A stretch of 53,537 nt of DNA, taken from positions 1-53,537 of the IMG/VR virus record IMGVR_UViG_3300032050_000181; one strand, written 5' to 3'. The translations under genes were made by a program, and so were the position numbers. Below, in pieces: positions 1-8,680 of the stretch. Each line of letters begins with the position of its first letter. Positions within the stretch are counted from its first letter, which is position 1. Origin of the DNA: a virus (Duplodnaviria > Caudoviricetes). A model generated the notes under the pieces. That model saw only the letters and a program-made list of their open reading frames with translations, searched no databases and had not been told where the DNA came from.

Positions 1-4
1 ATTC

Positions 5-33
5 ATTATACATTAATTCAACTGTAAAGTCAA
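5..33 (-). promoter_or_regulatory. sigma70-type early promoter firing out of the window's left end
   Basis: Minus strand reads TTGACT-17 nt-TATAAT (-35 at 28-33, -10 at 5-10). Confidence 0.8.
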
Positions 34-52
34 ATCAATCTATAAGTGAATA

Positions 53-241
53 CTATCTGAAGCGATAAGAGTCTGAATCGTAATCATCCTCTTCGAGATC
101 ATCAAGATCATCGTCGCTTACATATTCGTCGTTAGGATTAAACTTCCAACGACTTTCATCTTTCAATCTTCGCTGCTTTAAGCCTTCGCTGTTCCGACTG
201 TAATCTTTTTCACGGAACTCATTCTTCTTTTTACTAGACAT
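53..241 (-). CDS. small hypothetical protein with basic N-terminus and acidic C-terminus
   Basis: 62-aa ORF starting 2 nt after the upstream stop codon. Confidence 0.7.
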   Translation of the reverse strand: MSSKKKNEFREKDYSRNSEGLKQRRLKDESRWKFNPNDEYVSDDDLDDLEEDDYDSDSYRFR

Positions 242-243
242 GA

Positions 244-777
244 TTATTTACTCAAACGCTCCTCTTTAAGTTTATTACAAAAGATCCTATACAGACCCAA
301 CTCTCTACCATAGGCTTCGATTTCCCAAGGGCTTTCGAAATATTTCTCTTCATCCATATAGTGAGAAACATCGAAGAACAATCCCTTGTATCTTACATCG
401 CCACTCTTATAGTCGAACAATTCATTATTAAGATATTGCTTCACATGAGTGAGTTCGTGTCCAAGATCAATTAGAATTTGCTTGAGTCTTGTAATTGGCT
501 TCTTGCCTAGTTTGTTAATTCGTTTGTAATTTAGAACAACAGTAAACTTCTTGTTGCCTTCTTCGTCAAGACCATCATAGGTACACCATGCCTTGTACTT
601 CTTCAAGTCTAACAAGTCAGCAGCATCTTTAATCTCTTGTTCGCCAAGAACCTTGACGTTAATTTTAGATCGCTTCTGAATGCAAGGGCGCACCATCCGA
701 TTCAAGACGAATCGAGAATACTTTCGAATCATCGCCGAATCGGTTTTCGTTAGATAGTTGCTTGTGACTGCAATCAT
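244..777 (-). CDS. putative zincin metallopeptidase-like protein
   Basis: HELTH (HExxH) followed by the YFESPWEIEAY motif. Confidence 0.65.
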   Translation of the reverse strand: MIAVTSNYLTKTDSAMIRKYSRFVLNRMVRPCIQKRSKINVKVLGEQEIKDAADLLDLKKYKAWCTYDGLDEEGNKKFTVVLNYKRINKLGKKPITRLKQILIDLGHELTHVKQYLNNELFDYKSGDVRYKGLFFDVSHYMDEEKYFESPWEIEAYGRELGLYRIFCNKLKEERLSK

Positions 778-1877
778 TATTCTACTCGCAGCAGAATGGT
801 GTCCTTGTTAATACGACCGTTCATTTCACTGGGCTTGGAATTAATCTCGCCCATGACCTTACGCAATACAACTTTACCACCTTCCAAGACTCGGGATAGA
901 ACATCCTTCGGCTTGCGAAGAGTCTTACAGATCGACTCACCATATTTATAGTTCTCGATACTGGAACCTTTAACCGCAAGACCAGCGTTATCCAAGGCTA
1001 CATAAACACCCAGTTTGCGAGTCTTAACGTTATAGACCCATAACTTTTCGGCTCCCATGATCTTGACGGGATCGATCGAAACCAACTTGTTGTCGATATC
1101 GTCTTTCTTGAATTTGAGATTCTTGACCTTCTTCTCGAAAGAAATAGGCTTCTTCTTTCGCGGCTTGCGAGCAGCGTTCTTATTGGAGGCAAGTTTCTCA
1201 GCGTCGGTCATGACTAGTGTAAAGAATTTCGCAGCCTCGATCATCTCTTTACGAGGACGCGGATACGATTCTTTCACATACTCATCTTTAGATTCGATGA
1301 TCGCAATCCAATCTGCTGCGCGCTGACGGAAGTATTCAGCAATCTTCGCAGCATGCATGGGCTTTACTTCGTTCTCGACCATCCAGGTGTATGGTACGAA
1401 TTCTTCTCCGCTTTGCTCATGCCAAATGTCGTCGAACTTGCCTTCAAGTTCCATGATGAAATAGTCGACTTTGGATTGGACTCGGTCTTGAATTGAGATG
1501 ACGTTGCTTGTGTCAACGACTGTTGTTGCAAGATTCTTTTCTGTGACGATTTTGTCCAAGCGATCTCGGAAGACATTCATGCGCTCCTGAAAATTATTAT
1601 AGACGCCATCAGGAATCCATGCGCCACGACTGAGGCATCGAGCCAACCAACCGTCAACGATATTCCAAGAGAGATTCAAACTCGATGCTGCTTGCTTTTG
1701 CAATTCTGTAATCTGATTGTTCTTGGTTAGATATTCAACCAGATACTTGCGAGCATCTTTGGAGTCTTTATTGTGATTATACCACTGAAATGCGAACACC
1801 AAATCGAATTGGCTGCAGGGTTCAGTGCGCTTTTCCCAAGTAGGTTCGGGAACAACCTTCGGTATGAACTTTGCCAT
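777..1877 (-). CDS. hypothetical phage protein, 366 aa, basic C-terminal domain
   Basis: Long ORF with its own promoter, translationally coupled to the next gene. Confidence 0.8.
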   Translation of the reverse strand: MAKFIPKVVPEPTWEKRTEPCSQFDLVFAFQWYNHNKDSKDARKYLVEYLTKNNQITELQKQAASSLNLSWNIVDGWLARCLSRGAWIPDGVYNNFQERMNVFRDRLDKIVTEKNLATTVVDTSNVISIQDRVQSKVDYFIMELEGKFDDIWHEQSGEEFVPYTWMVENEVKPMHAAKIAEYFRQRAADWIAIIESKDEYVKESYPRPRKEMIEAAKFFTLVMTDAEKLASNKNAARKPRKKKPISFEKKVKNLKFKKDDIDNKLVSIDPVKIMGAEKLWVYNVKTRKLGVYVALDNAGLAVKGSSIENYKYGESICKTLRKPKDVLSRVLEGGKVVLRKVMGEINSKPSEMNGRINKDTILLRVE

Positions 1878-1883
1878 GAGAAT

Positions 1884-1912
1884 ATCTTACCTTATATAAG
1901 TTGTAAAATCAA
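1884..1912 (-). promoter_or_regulatory. sigma70-type promoter, probably giving a leaderless mRNA
   Basis: TTGATT-17 nt-TAAGAT; only 6 nt separate the -10 from the ATG at 1877; no SD. Confidence 0.65.
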
Positions 1913-1919
1913 TCTTTAT

Positions 1920-2795
1920 TTAACTTGCGCGGAAACAAGTCTGTTTCGCAAGTTTCTGCCAGTTGTTACGATCCATCTTGTAAAGACCAGCGATCTTTAC
2001 AACCATACGAAGCGACAACTCGCGCAGACGCTCAACGTTATTGATAATGAATTCCATAATTACGATCGCGTCAGTATCGCTGAATCCACGCGAACGCAAC
2101 ATGCCACTACGCACAACCTGTTTGATTCGCACAAGATAATCCATCTTGGTCTTCATCGCAAGATCGAGATAGTGCGAACGCGACACAAGTGCTTCAAAAT
2201 GTGGCGCCAACTTATAACCTGAATTGATCAAAGCGTCGAAATCGTAGTTCGTAATGAAAATGACCGAACCTTCGAATTCGAATTTCTCAGGAATGCTCTC
2301 GCCGTCCTCATCTTCCTCGCGCTCGAGTGAACGCGACAACCAATGCAAAACGCGACGATCGGTCGAATCGCACGCACTCTTTAATAAGTTCATGCTGACG
2401 TCGTCGTGAAAAATCGAATCTGAGTCGTCGAACACGAGTACAGAATTGGTGAAACGCGACTCGTACAGCAACTTGTAAAGTGCTAGAGGGCGCACGTATC
2501 CCTTAATGTAGTTGACGTGATGACCCTTGCGCTCAAGTTCAGCCATCTTGGCTTCAACCGTGTATGACTTACCAAGTCCAGCGGGACCTGAAACGATCAA
2601 CGATCGGTTGATTCCGCGCCCAGTGGCTTCAGCCATAATCTCAAGAGCGTCGAAACGATCTTTCAACTTCGCCTCAATTTCGGCGACCGACTCTGTCTTG
2701 GTCGGCTGTATAAACTGCGGTTGGGCGAAGTTTACACCAATCCGCTGTTGCTTTTTAGTGCGTCGAAAACCTGCCTTGGGTACGCCTCGGGGCAT
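1920..2795 (-). CDS. AAA-family P-loop ATPase (early gene)
   Basis: Walker A GPAGLGKS, Walker B VLVFDD, sensor-like FITN. Confidence 0.85.
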   Translation of the reverse strand: MPRGVPKAGFRRTKKQQRIGVNFAQPQFIQPTKTESVAEIEAKLKDRFDALEIMAEATGRGINRSLIVSGPAGLGKSYTVEAKMAELERKGHHVNYIKGYVRPLALYKLLYESRFTNSVLVFDDSDSIFHDDVSMNLLKSACDSTDRRVLHWLSRSLEREEDEDGESIPEKFEFEGSVIFITNYDFDALINSGYKLAPHFEALVSRSHYLDLAMKTKMDYLVRIKQVVRSGMLRSRGFSDTDAIVIMEFIINNVERLRELSLRMVVKIAGLYKMDRNNWQKLAKQTCFRAS

Positions 2796-2829
2796 ATTAT
2801 TTTTTCACCTTATTGATTAACATAAGACT

Positions 2830-2858
2830 ATTATACACGATATTGAGAAAAAACACAA
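2830..2858 (-). promoter_or_regulatory. sigma70-type early promoter
   Basis: TTGTGT-17 nt-TATAAT upstream of the ATPase. Confidence 0.7.
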
Positions 2859-2859
2859 T

Positions 2860-2905
2860 AAGAAAAACCCCTGTGAAATCAATGACTTACACAGGGGTCT
2901 TTTTT
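2860..2905. terminator. intrinsic terminator, probably bidirectional
   Basis: 9-bp stem ACCCCTGTG/CACAGGGGT (2867-2875 / 2890-2898) flanked by an A-tract and a T-tract. Confidence 0.7.
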
Positions 2906-2922
2906 ACTTAAAAATCAACAAC

Positions 2923-3159
2923 TTACACGCCGCCGCCCCAGAATAGCGGAAAAAGGGACTCAAATTCTTCCGTGCCGCCGACGTAGTATCGCTTCACGAT
3001 TTTGCCGTTCCGCTTAACTATGAGGTCGTGACTGTCGTCGCGTATACTTACTTGGTTGCCCTTGTAGTTCGCCTTGATGTAACCGTGGGTGCCTTTTGGG
3101 GTCGAAAATGCCTCCCAATCTGCGTTTCTGAGTATATCTAACGCTGTTTTCGTAGCCAT
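2923..3159 (-). CDS. small early hypothetical protein
   Basis: ORF track starts at 3201, but MATKT at 3159 has a GGAAGG SD and lies downstream of a promoter. Confidence 0.7.
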   Translation of the reverse strand: MATKTALDILRNADWEAFSTPKGTHGYIKANYKGNQVSIRDDSHDLIVKRNGKIVKRYYVGGTEEFESLFPLFWGGGV

Positions 3160-3191
3160 TTTTTTCCTTCCATTTATCAACTCACCCAACA

Positions 3192-3220
3192 AGTATAGCA
3201 TAATCGCCCTGAAAGGTAAA
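3192..3220 (-). promoter_or_regulatory. sigma70-type promoter with extended -10
   Basis: TTTACC-17 nt-TATACT, with TGn immediately before the -10. Confidence 0.6.
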
Positions 3221-3351
3221 ATACAATAAACTGAATAAAATCAATAACTTACGATAGCCCCTAAAACCGCATTAGAGGCTATTAGAGCGGTGTTGAAATG
3301 ACCCTATAGGGTGGGGGTGGGAGGCTGAAAAACGGCTCCTCGGGCTTCTCA

Positions 3352-3714
3352 TTAGGGAGCGTCGAAAAGTCGCTGGAAATTGCGAAATTCCTTTTTACCC
3401 AGAATCTTGGAAAATATTTTTTGGGATCGCTTACACTTTTTCATCAACATGCCTTGTTGATTGCAATCTATCATATTTTTCAAATATGATCTTGGGTCGC
3501 CAAGAACGGCTTCGAAGATTTCAACTTTATCACTTTCATCATGAAGCATGATCTGATATTTAATTCCAATTTCATGCTCTTCAAATTTTCGATCTTGCTT
3601 TCGCTCAAGATTCAGGAATGTCAAAGACCAACCTTCAGTACCATTTTCATTAGACTTGCAGAAATAGACGCCATCAAAGTCTTTTCCATCAGCGACAAGT
3701 TCATTGATTGTCAT
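3352..3714 (-). CDS. hypothetical protein
   Basis: 120-aa ORF with ATGA overlap to the upstream gene. Confidence 0.7.
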   Translation of the reverse strand: MTINELVADGKDFDGVYFCKSNENGTEGWSLTFLNLERKQDRKFEEHEIGIKYQIMLHDESDKVEIFEAVLGDPRSYLKNMIDCNQQGMLMKKCKRSQKIFSKILGKKEFRNFQRLFDAP

Positions 3715-4157
3715 TTCGGTTTCCCCTCTTTTTGATTGCGGTAAAAATATCTGTTTGCTATATTTTCGTTATAGTAAACTCTTTCGTTGTTCTCGTCTAA
3801 AGTTTCGAGCACTTCCAACTTGAACTGAGTCTTTACTTCGTTATAGTTTACCTCACCTTTGGTTTTATGCAAAGAAATAATTTCGCGCTTGAATCGTTCC
3901 TTACCGTATTGTTCTACGATACTCTGAACGTTCTTAGAGGATCCATAATATTCTTTCCAATCACTTTCACTGCGATTCTTTTTACGACGACCTTTTACTT
4001 TCTTGACTGTACGAACAGACCAGAAGTATTTGCGTCCAATATATTTTTTATTGTTGAAAGTGTCAGTTAGGCAATAGACAAAGCCATAGTAGTCTTGAAT
4101 ATCTTCTGACGTGAATGGCTTTCCATCGTATAGCCATGGGTTTTCATAATCCAGCAT
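3711..4157 (-). CDS. GIY-YIG family endonuclease (Seg/EndoII-like)
   Basis: GFVY...KYIGRK, YYGSS, FKREII and YYNENI motifs. Confidence 0.85.
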   Translation of the reverse strand: MLDYENPWLYDGKPFTSEDIQDYYGFVYCLTDTFNNKKYIGRKYFWSVRTVKKVKGRRKKNRSESDWKEYYGSSKNVQSIVEQYGKERFKREIISLHKTKGEVNYNEVKTQFKLEVLETLDENNERVYYNENIANRYFYRNQKEGKPK

Positions 4158-4187
4158 AAAATACTCATCAGTAAAATCACTGACAAG

Positions 4188-4194
4188 TATTTAG
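4188..4194 (-). promoter_or_regulatory. T4-type late promoter variant (CTAAATA)
   Basis: Intergenic match 30 nt upstream of the GIY-YIG gene. Confidence 0.5.
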
Positions 4195-4198
4195 GATA

Positions 4199-4393
4199 TC
4201 AGTTGTAGTCTCTGTCGTCTGCGTCTTCTTCGTAATCGTCCTCTTCTTCATCTTCTTCATAATCTTCTTCTATTTCTTCGCCGCAGAAAGGACAGTATTG
4301 TGGTTCATTTGTGACTTTTTCGAGATAATACTTCAAGAAATACTCCGATTCGCAATTTGTACAATTGACCTTTTTATATTCGTCTGAAATCAT
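4199..4393 (-). CDS. zinc-ribbon protein with acidic tail
   Basis: CTNC...CPFC plus a D/E-rich C-terminus; start at 4393 preceded by GGAG. Confidence 0.75.
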   Translation of the reverse strand: MISDEYKKVNCTNCESEYFLKYYLEKVTNEPQYCPFCGEEIEEDYEEDEEEDDYEEDADDRDYN

Positions 4394-4403
4394 TTTTGCT
4401 CCG

Positions 4404-4979
4404 TTACCAAACCCAAGATACAAAACTGTATCTAGTTCCTTTTGTTACTTCTATTACTTTATGTGGATACATAAAGTTGCTTGGAAAAATCATAATCTGA
4501 CCCGCTTTGAGTTGAATTTCTTCTTGTTCCCAGAACACCAACTCACCGCCTTCATAATCATCGTTTAACGAACCAAGAATAGAAAGAGTTGGGACACCTT
4601 TTCTATCGCCATCAAACATGCTATGAATATGATCGCAATGCAATTTCATTTGCGTATCAGTGTTATAACGATTATATCTTAATTGTGTATAGCCATTCCA
4701 ACTACTATACCAATTTTTCATATGAGCATGATCTTTAATAATATATTGCTCAATTGCTGACCAAATTTTCTTTTGAATTTCTACTGTTTCTGGAATTTCT
4801 AATCCATAAGAAATAGAAAGCTCTTTATCATAACTGACATATTCACCTGTACTTGCTTGATAGAATGTATGTAGTTGCCAGTCAGTTTTCTTTAGTTGTT
4901 TTACGACTGCTTTACATGTTTTTTTATCAAGAAAATTATCATAAACTTTCAGATAATCTTTCACACTCAATGACATCAT
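4404..4979 (-). CDS. 2OG-Fe(II) oxygenase (prolyl-4-hydroxylase-like)
   Basis: HCD...LNDDYEGGEL...FPSNFMYPHKV...GTRYS. Confidence 0.88.
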   Translation of the reverse strand: MMSLSVKDYLKVYDNFLDKKTCKAVVKQLKKTDWQLHTFYQASTGEYVSYDKELSISYGLEIPETVEIQKKIWSAIEQYIIKDHAHMKNWYSSWNGYTQLRYNRYNTDTQMKLHCDHIHSMFDGDRKGVPTLSILGSLNDDYEGGELVFWEQEEIQLKAGQIMIFPSNFMYPHKVIEVTKGTRYSFVSWVW

Positions 4980-5620
4980 TTTTGCTTTACTTCGTAGTCA
5001 TAACGATCATCGTCAGATAAAACCCATTTTGACGTATTTTCTACAGACCACATACTTGTACCTAACTTGCGTTCAATAACGTTTTGTCCAGGCTTGGTCA
5101 CAAAAGATGGCTCAAATGCACGAATTCTATTGTTAGGTTGAATAGCAAAGTTACCATTATCTAGTTTGATAACATGACCACACTTATGTTGTCCAGGGAC
5201 TTCGCTAAACCCAACATCAGCAATGTTACGATCTTCCTGTGACCAATCAAGTGTAAACAAATATGTCCCTTCGTTCCATTTTTTATTTCTATCAATATAC
5301 TTCATTCTCTTGTTACAGAGAAAATCATATTGTGTCACACCGATATATGAACTGAAAGAGTCCCACAAAACTAAATTGTATAATTCTTCTTGCGGCGCAG
5401 GAACCTTATGGCAGAAAGCGTGGATCGGCATGCGAAACCAAAGCCCTTCATCTTCCATGATGAAATGAAAAAGCGGGGCACGATGCGGTATCGACGCCAC
5501 GCCGAATATAAGGACGGGAAGATATGTGTCCTTCGCTTCATCGAACTCTGTTCTGTTCTGAAGAAAATTAGACCGCACATAACATTCTATGGGCGGGATG
5601 TTAGCGTTTAAATATGCCAT
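4976..5620 (-). CDS. hypothetical protein of a family I associate with T4-like phages
   Basis: MAYLNANIPP start; HKCGH and GNFAIQPNNR motifs. Confidence 0.75.
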   Translation of the reverse strand: MAYLNANIPPIECYVRSNFLQNRTEFDEAKDTYLPVLIFGVASIPHRAPLFHFIMEDEGLWFRMPIHAFCHKVPAPQEELYNLVLWDSFSSYIGVTQYDFLCNKRMKYIDRNKKWNEGTYLFTLDWSQEDRNIADVGFSEVPGQHKCGHVIKLDNGNFAIQPNNRIRAFEPSFVTKPGQNVIERKLGTSMWSVENTSKWVLSDDDRYDYEVKQK

Positions 5621-5635
5621 GTGAGTATATATCTT

Positions 5636-8600
5636 TTAATCAAAGAAGAAAAGGTGGAACAAACGCGAATCTTGCAAATTTGTTCCAAAATATTTGTTGG
5701 CAGCATGGAAACTTCTTGCGTCCCAAATCACTAAACGATTGAACACATTGCCAATGGTATCCACAAGTTCAAATTGAGTAGAATCATAAAACCCACCAGC
5801 AAAGCATTGATCTGCTCCTGGTTCATCCATGTGACGAATGCGAGTTTTCTTATGAGCAAACAATGAAGTACCTGTGTCAAATGGTGCATCTGGTGTTAAG
5901 TAAATTGCACCTGCCCAAGTTTGTGAATCGTAATGGTATACGAGCAAGTCTTCTGGCGTGCAGTATTGCAAACTTCCGTTCATACCATGATCCCATTTCT
6001 GAATCTTAATACCCATGAGTTCTTCAAATGACTTTTTCATTTCAGAAGTTAAGAATTTAGTTTTAGTTCGCTTACCCTTATACCAGTCAATATCGCCTTC
6101 GAAGTTTTGTTTCAAAGCGTAATTACGAACTGCGTACGGATCAGCATAAAAATTGTCAACAACGAAAATTCTCTTTTTCTGGGCAGATTTTGCATTCAAT
6201 TTCCAAACTGGTTTTTCTTTGTTTAAATTTTCAGTTGCAATATTATGCAGGTACTTTGGATATTCTCCCGTATCATAATACATGTTTGTATTGATCAAGA
6301 AATGATATGATGGAAATGGGTTTGTTCTCTCTGGTCTCATCATAAACGATGTATGTTTATGCATCTTATCCCACTCTTGCAGTTCCCAGTAAATTTCTGC
6401 GAGATGAATGTGGTGATCGTTTCGAACCTCAGCAAACTGCTCTGACTTTTCGTAGTGCCAAATTGCTTTATCATACTCTTTTAAGAAACGATAGGCATTA
6501 CCAATAGCGCAGATTGCATAGTATGCCATCTCATCAATATGTGCCGCTTTTTGTGTTTCATTAAAGTTGTGAGTATGATTCACAACACTATTGAAATAAA
6601 ATATGCAGCGGCGAGCATATTCTTCCTGATGAACTTCTTTGAGAGGGAAGAAATTTCCGCGATAACAATCTTCATAAGACTTACCGATATACCAAAAATG
6701 ATATAGGTCGGTCAGCATTGTACCTTCGCGAATTAACTTCTCTTCAAGTTTAAGTGCATCAGTCACATATTTGGTTGGAACTGAATAACTTTCGCCATGT
6801 GAAACTCCACCAATCATCCTAAAGGATTTCGGTAGACTTGTTCTTACGAAATTTTCTCCAATTCCATCCATTTCTAAGGTAATTGTTTCGTGCGCAGGAT
6901 CATGATTAAACTTCCAAGGTAATTTGGCATTCCAAATCCATGCTCTATAGTAAATCAATCCTGGTGCAATTGAAGTGACATGGAAACTTTGTGGGCGGGT
7001 ATCTTCAAAAATAGACCAATCAAAGTCGGCGCCAACTTCCAAAGTTTCATCACAATCCATCTTCATAATCCAATCACAACCGTGATCGCGCTTTAAAGCA
7101 GTTTGTAAAAGATGATCGCGATTCCAACCGAAATTTACCCAACCCTCTTCAACCTTGTAAAAATATCCTGGGATATTTGTCTCTGCTGCCCATTGCTTTA
7201 CAATATCAACTGTGCCGTCTGTTGATCCGTTATCTTGCAAGACCCAATACTTAATATATGGAGCGACAGAGTCAAGCATCTTACGAATATTATTCGCTTC
7301 ATTTTTAAACATCGAGATCATACAGATCTTTGCACCCTTTGGACTCTCTGCCTCTACAATTTCTGAGAATTTGGCAGAGATTAGTTCCAATAGTTTAGTA
7401 TTTTTAGTTGCAATGCCAAGCCCATAACCACTCTTGAGATTCAGCTTTGGCCAATTCAATTCTTTAAAGAATTTATTTACCCCAAATGTTTCCTGTACAA
7501 CTTTTGTGTTATGAAATAACACAACACCGTTCTCTGTTAAAAATTTAGACCAGTTCTCAAAGTTTTCTTTTACAGATTCATATGCATGATATCCATCAAT
7601 ATGAAGAATATCAATTGGCTTTTCCCAAATCTGGGCAACCTCAGAAAAATTACCTTCTACAATTTCAACATTTTTTAAATCTAGTTGCTTTAGTGCAGCG
7701 AACAATTTTTCTTTCTGATCAGGATGCGAACCTGTATGAGGATCAGGTTTGAAATTGTCGATGCCATAAACTGTACCAACTTCAGGTAATGCGAAAGTGA
7801 ACGTCGAATACCCATAATCGACACCCAAGTCAACAATGGTGTTTGCTTTTAGTTCATTAACTAACCAGTGAGCAATAATACTTTGTGGTTTCCAAGAACT
7901 TAAAATACCATCGATAACCTTTTCTCTATTTGCTCTGTTCATAACATTTACCTGTTTGCGTATGGGTAGGTTTTCATATTCGCTCGCCTCTACAGGCTTC
8001 AAATACTTGTTCTTACCACTGGTGTAATAATTGAAATAGTGTGGATTTCGAGTTCCAATCCAAAACTCTGGCTGGTGACGTTTCCAAGGATTGTTCTCAT
8101 ACAAGAACCCTGGATCAAGTTGCGAAATATATTCTGAATTTGCCCACCAAAAATTACCAGAATAGTGGGGAATGGTAATCGCGTGATTACCAAGATTCGC
8201 TTCTTTTTCCCATTCAGTACCTACGCAGTCATATTCGTTAAGTAAAGAAACACAATCTTTCCAACGATTAATGTTAAAGTAACCGAGATAATTTGCCCAG
8301 TGATTCACATTAACGTGTAAAATATCTTTAATTACTTCATAGTGCGTATCTTTCTTTATCTTTTCTACACTCCAACCTGCTCCTTTGGTGTGCATGTAGA
8401 GAATTTTATAGTTTGGATTTTGTAATGCAAACTTATATAAATCTAAAAGAGTGTCGGCTTCAGTATCTGTTTTGATATTCCTTTTGATCGACTTAACTTT
8501 TATGAGATCAAAAGGTAATGGTTTATCTCCATTAATGCCGAAATGAATATGATTGGCTGCATCATATAAACCAGACTGTTGTAAGGCAATAATCTGCCTT

Positions 8601-8665
8601 TCAAATAATTCAGCCCAATGATTTTCCTGATATATGTGATAGAATATTGCAATTTTATCAGCCAT
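5636..8665 (-). CDS. multidomain fusion: GT-like, SAM methyltransferase, GT2, TPR-like and 2OG-Fe(II) oxygenase-like domains
   Basis: LYMHTKG/HYSGNFWWA; VDLGVDYG and IDILHIDGYH; DNGSTDGT and MDCDE; helical repeats; C-terminal HYD...FHAA...RLF. Confidence 0.75.
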   Translation of the reverse strand: MADKIAIFYHIYQENHWAELFERQIIALQQSGLYDAANHIHFGINGDKPLPFDLIKVKSIKRNIKTDTEADTLLDLYKFALQNPNYKILYMHTKGAGWSVEKIKKDTHYEVIKDILHVNVNHWANYLGYFNINRWKDCVSLLNEYDCVGTEWEKEANLGNHAITIPHYSGNFWWANSEYISQLDPGFLYENNPWKRHQPEFWIGTRNPHYFNYYTSGKNKYLKPVEASEYENLPIRKQVNVMNRANREKVIDGILSSWKPQSIIAHWLVNELKANTIVDLGVDYGYSTFTFALPEVGTVYGIDNFKPDPHTGSHPDQKEKLFAALKQLDLKNVEIVEGNFSEVAQIWEKPIDILHIDGYHAYESVKENFENWSKFLTENGVVLFHNTKVVQETFGVNKFFKELNWPKLNLKSGYGLGIATKNTKLLELISAKFSEIVEAESPKGAKICMISMFKNEANNIRKMLDSVAPYIKYWVLQDNGSTDGTVDIVKQWAAETNIPGYFYKVEEGWVNFGWNRDHLLQTALKRDHGCDWIMKMDCDETLEVGADFDWSIFEDTRPQSFHVTSIAPGLIYYRAWIWNAKLPWKFNHDPAHETITLEMDGIGENFVRTSLPKSFRMIGGVSHGESYSVPTKYVTDALKLEEKLIREGTMLTDLYHFWYIGKSYEDCYRGNFFPLKEVHQEEYARRCIFYFNSVVNHTHNFNETQKAAHIDEMAYYAICAIGNAYRFLKEYDKAIWHYEKSEQFAEVRNDHHIHLAEIYWELQEWDKMHKHTSFMMRPERTNPFPSYHFLINTNMYYDTGEYPKYLHNIATENLNKEKPVWKLNAKSAQKKRIFVVDNFYADPYAVRNYALKQNFEGDIDWYKGKRTKTKFLTSEMKKSFEELMGIKIQKWDHGMNGSLQYCTPEDLLVYHYDSQTWAGAIYLTPDAPFDTGTSLFAHKKTRIRHMDEPGADQCFAGGFYDSTQFELVDTIGNVFNRLVIWDARSFHAANKYFGTNLQDSRLFHLFFFD

Positions 8666-8680
8666 GATATATTAACTCTA

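Larger units (their letters stand above)
2877..3251 (+). promoter_or_regulatory. three IHF-consensus sites (2877-2889, 2913-2925, 3239-3251)
   Basis: AATCAA-tgac-TTA, AATCAA-caac-TTA and AATCAA-taac-TTA all match WATCAANNNNTTR. Confidence 0.6.

Noticed and set aside
3711-4157. GIY-YIG gene as an intron-encoded mobile element
   Set aside because: It is free-standing, has only the catalytic domain, and does not interrupt a neighbouring gene
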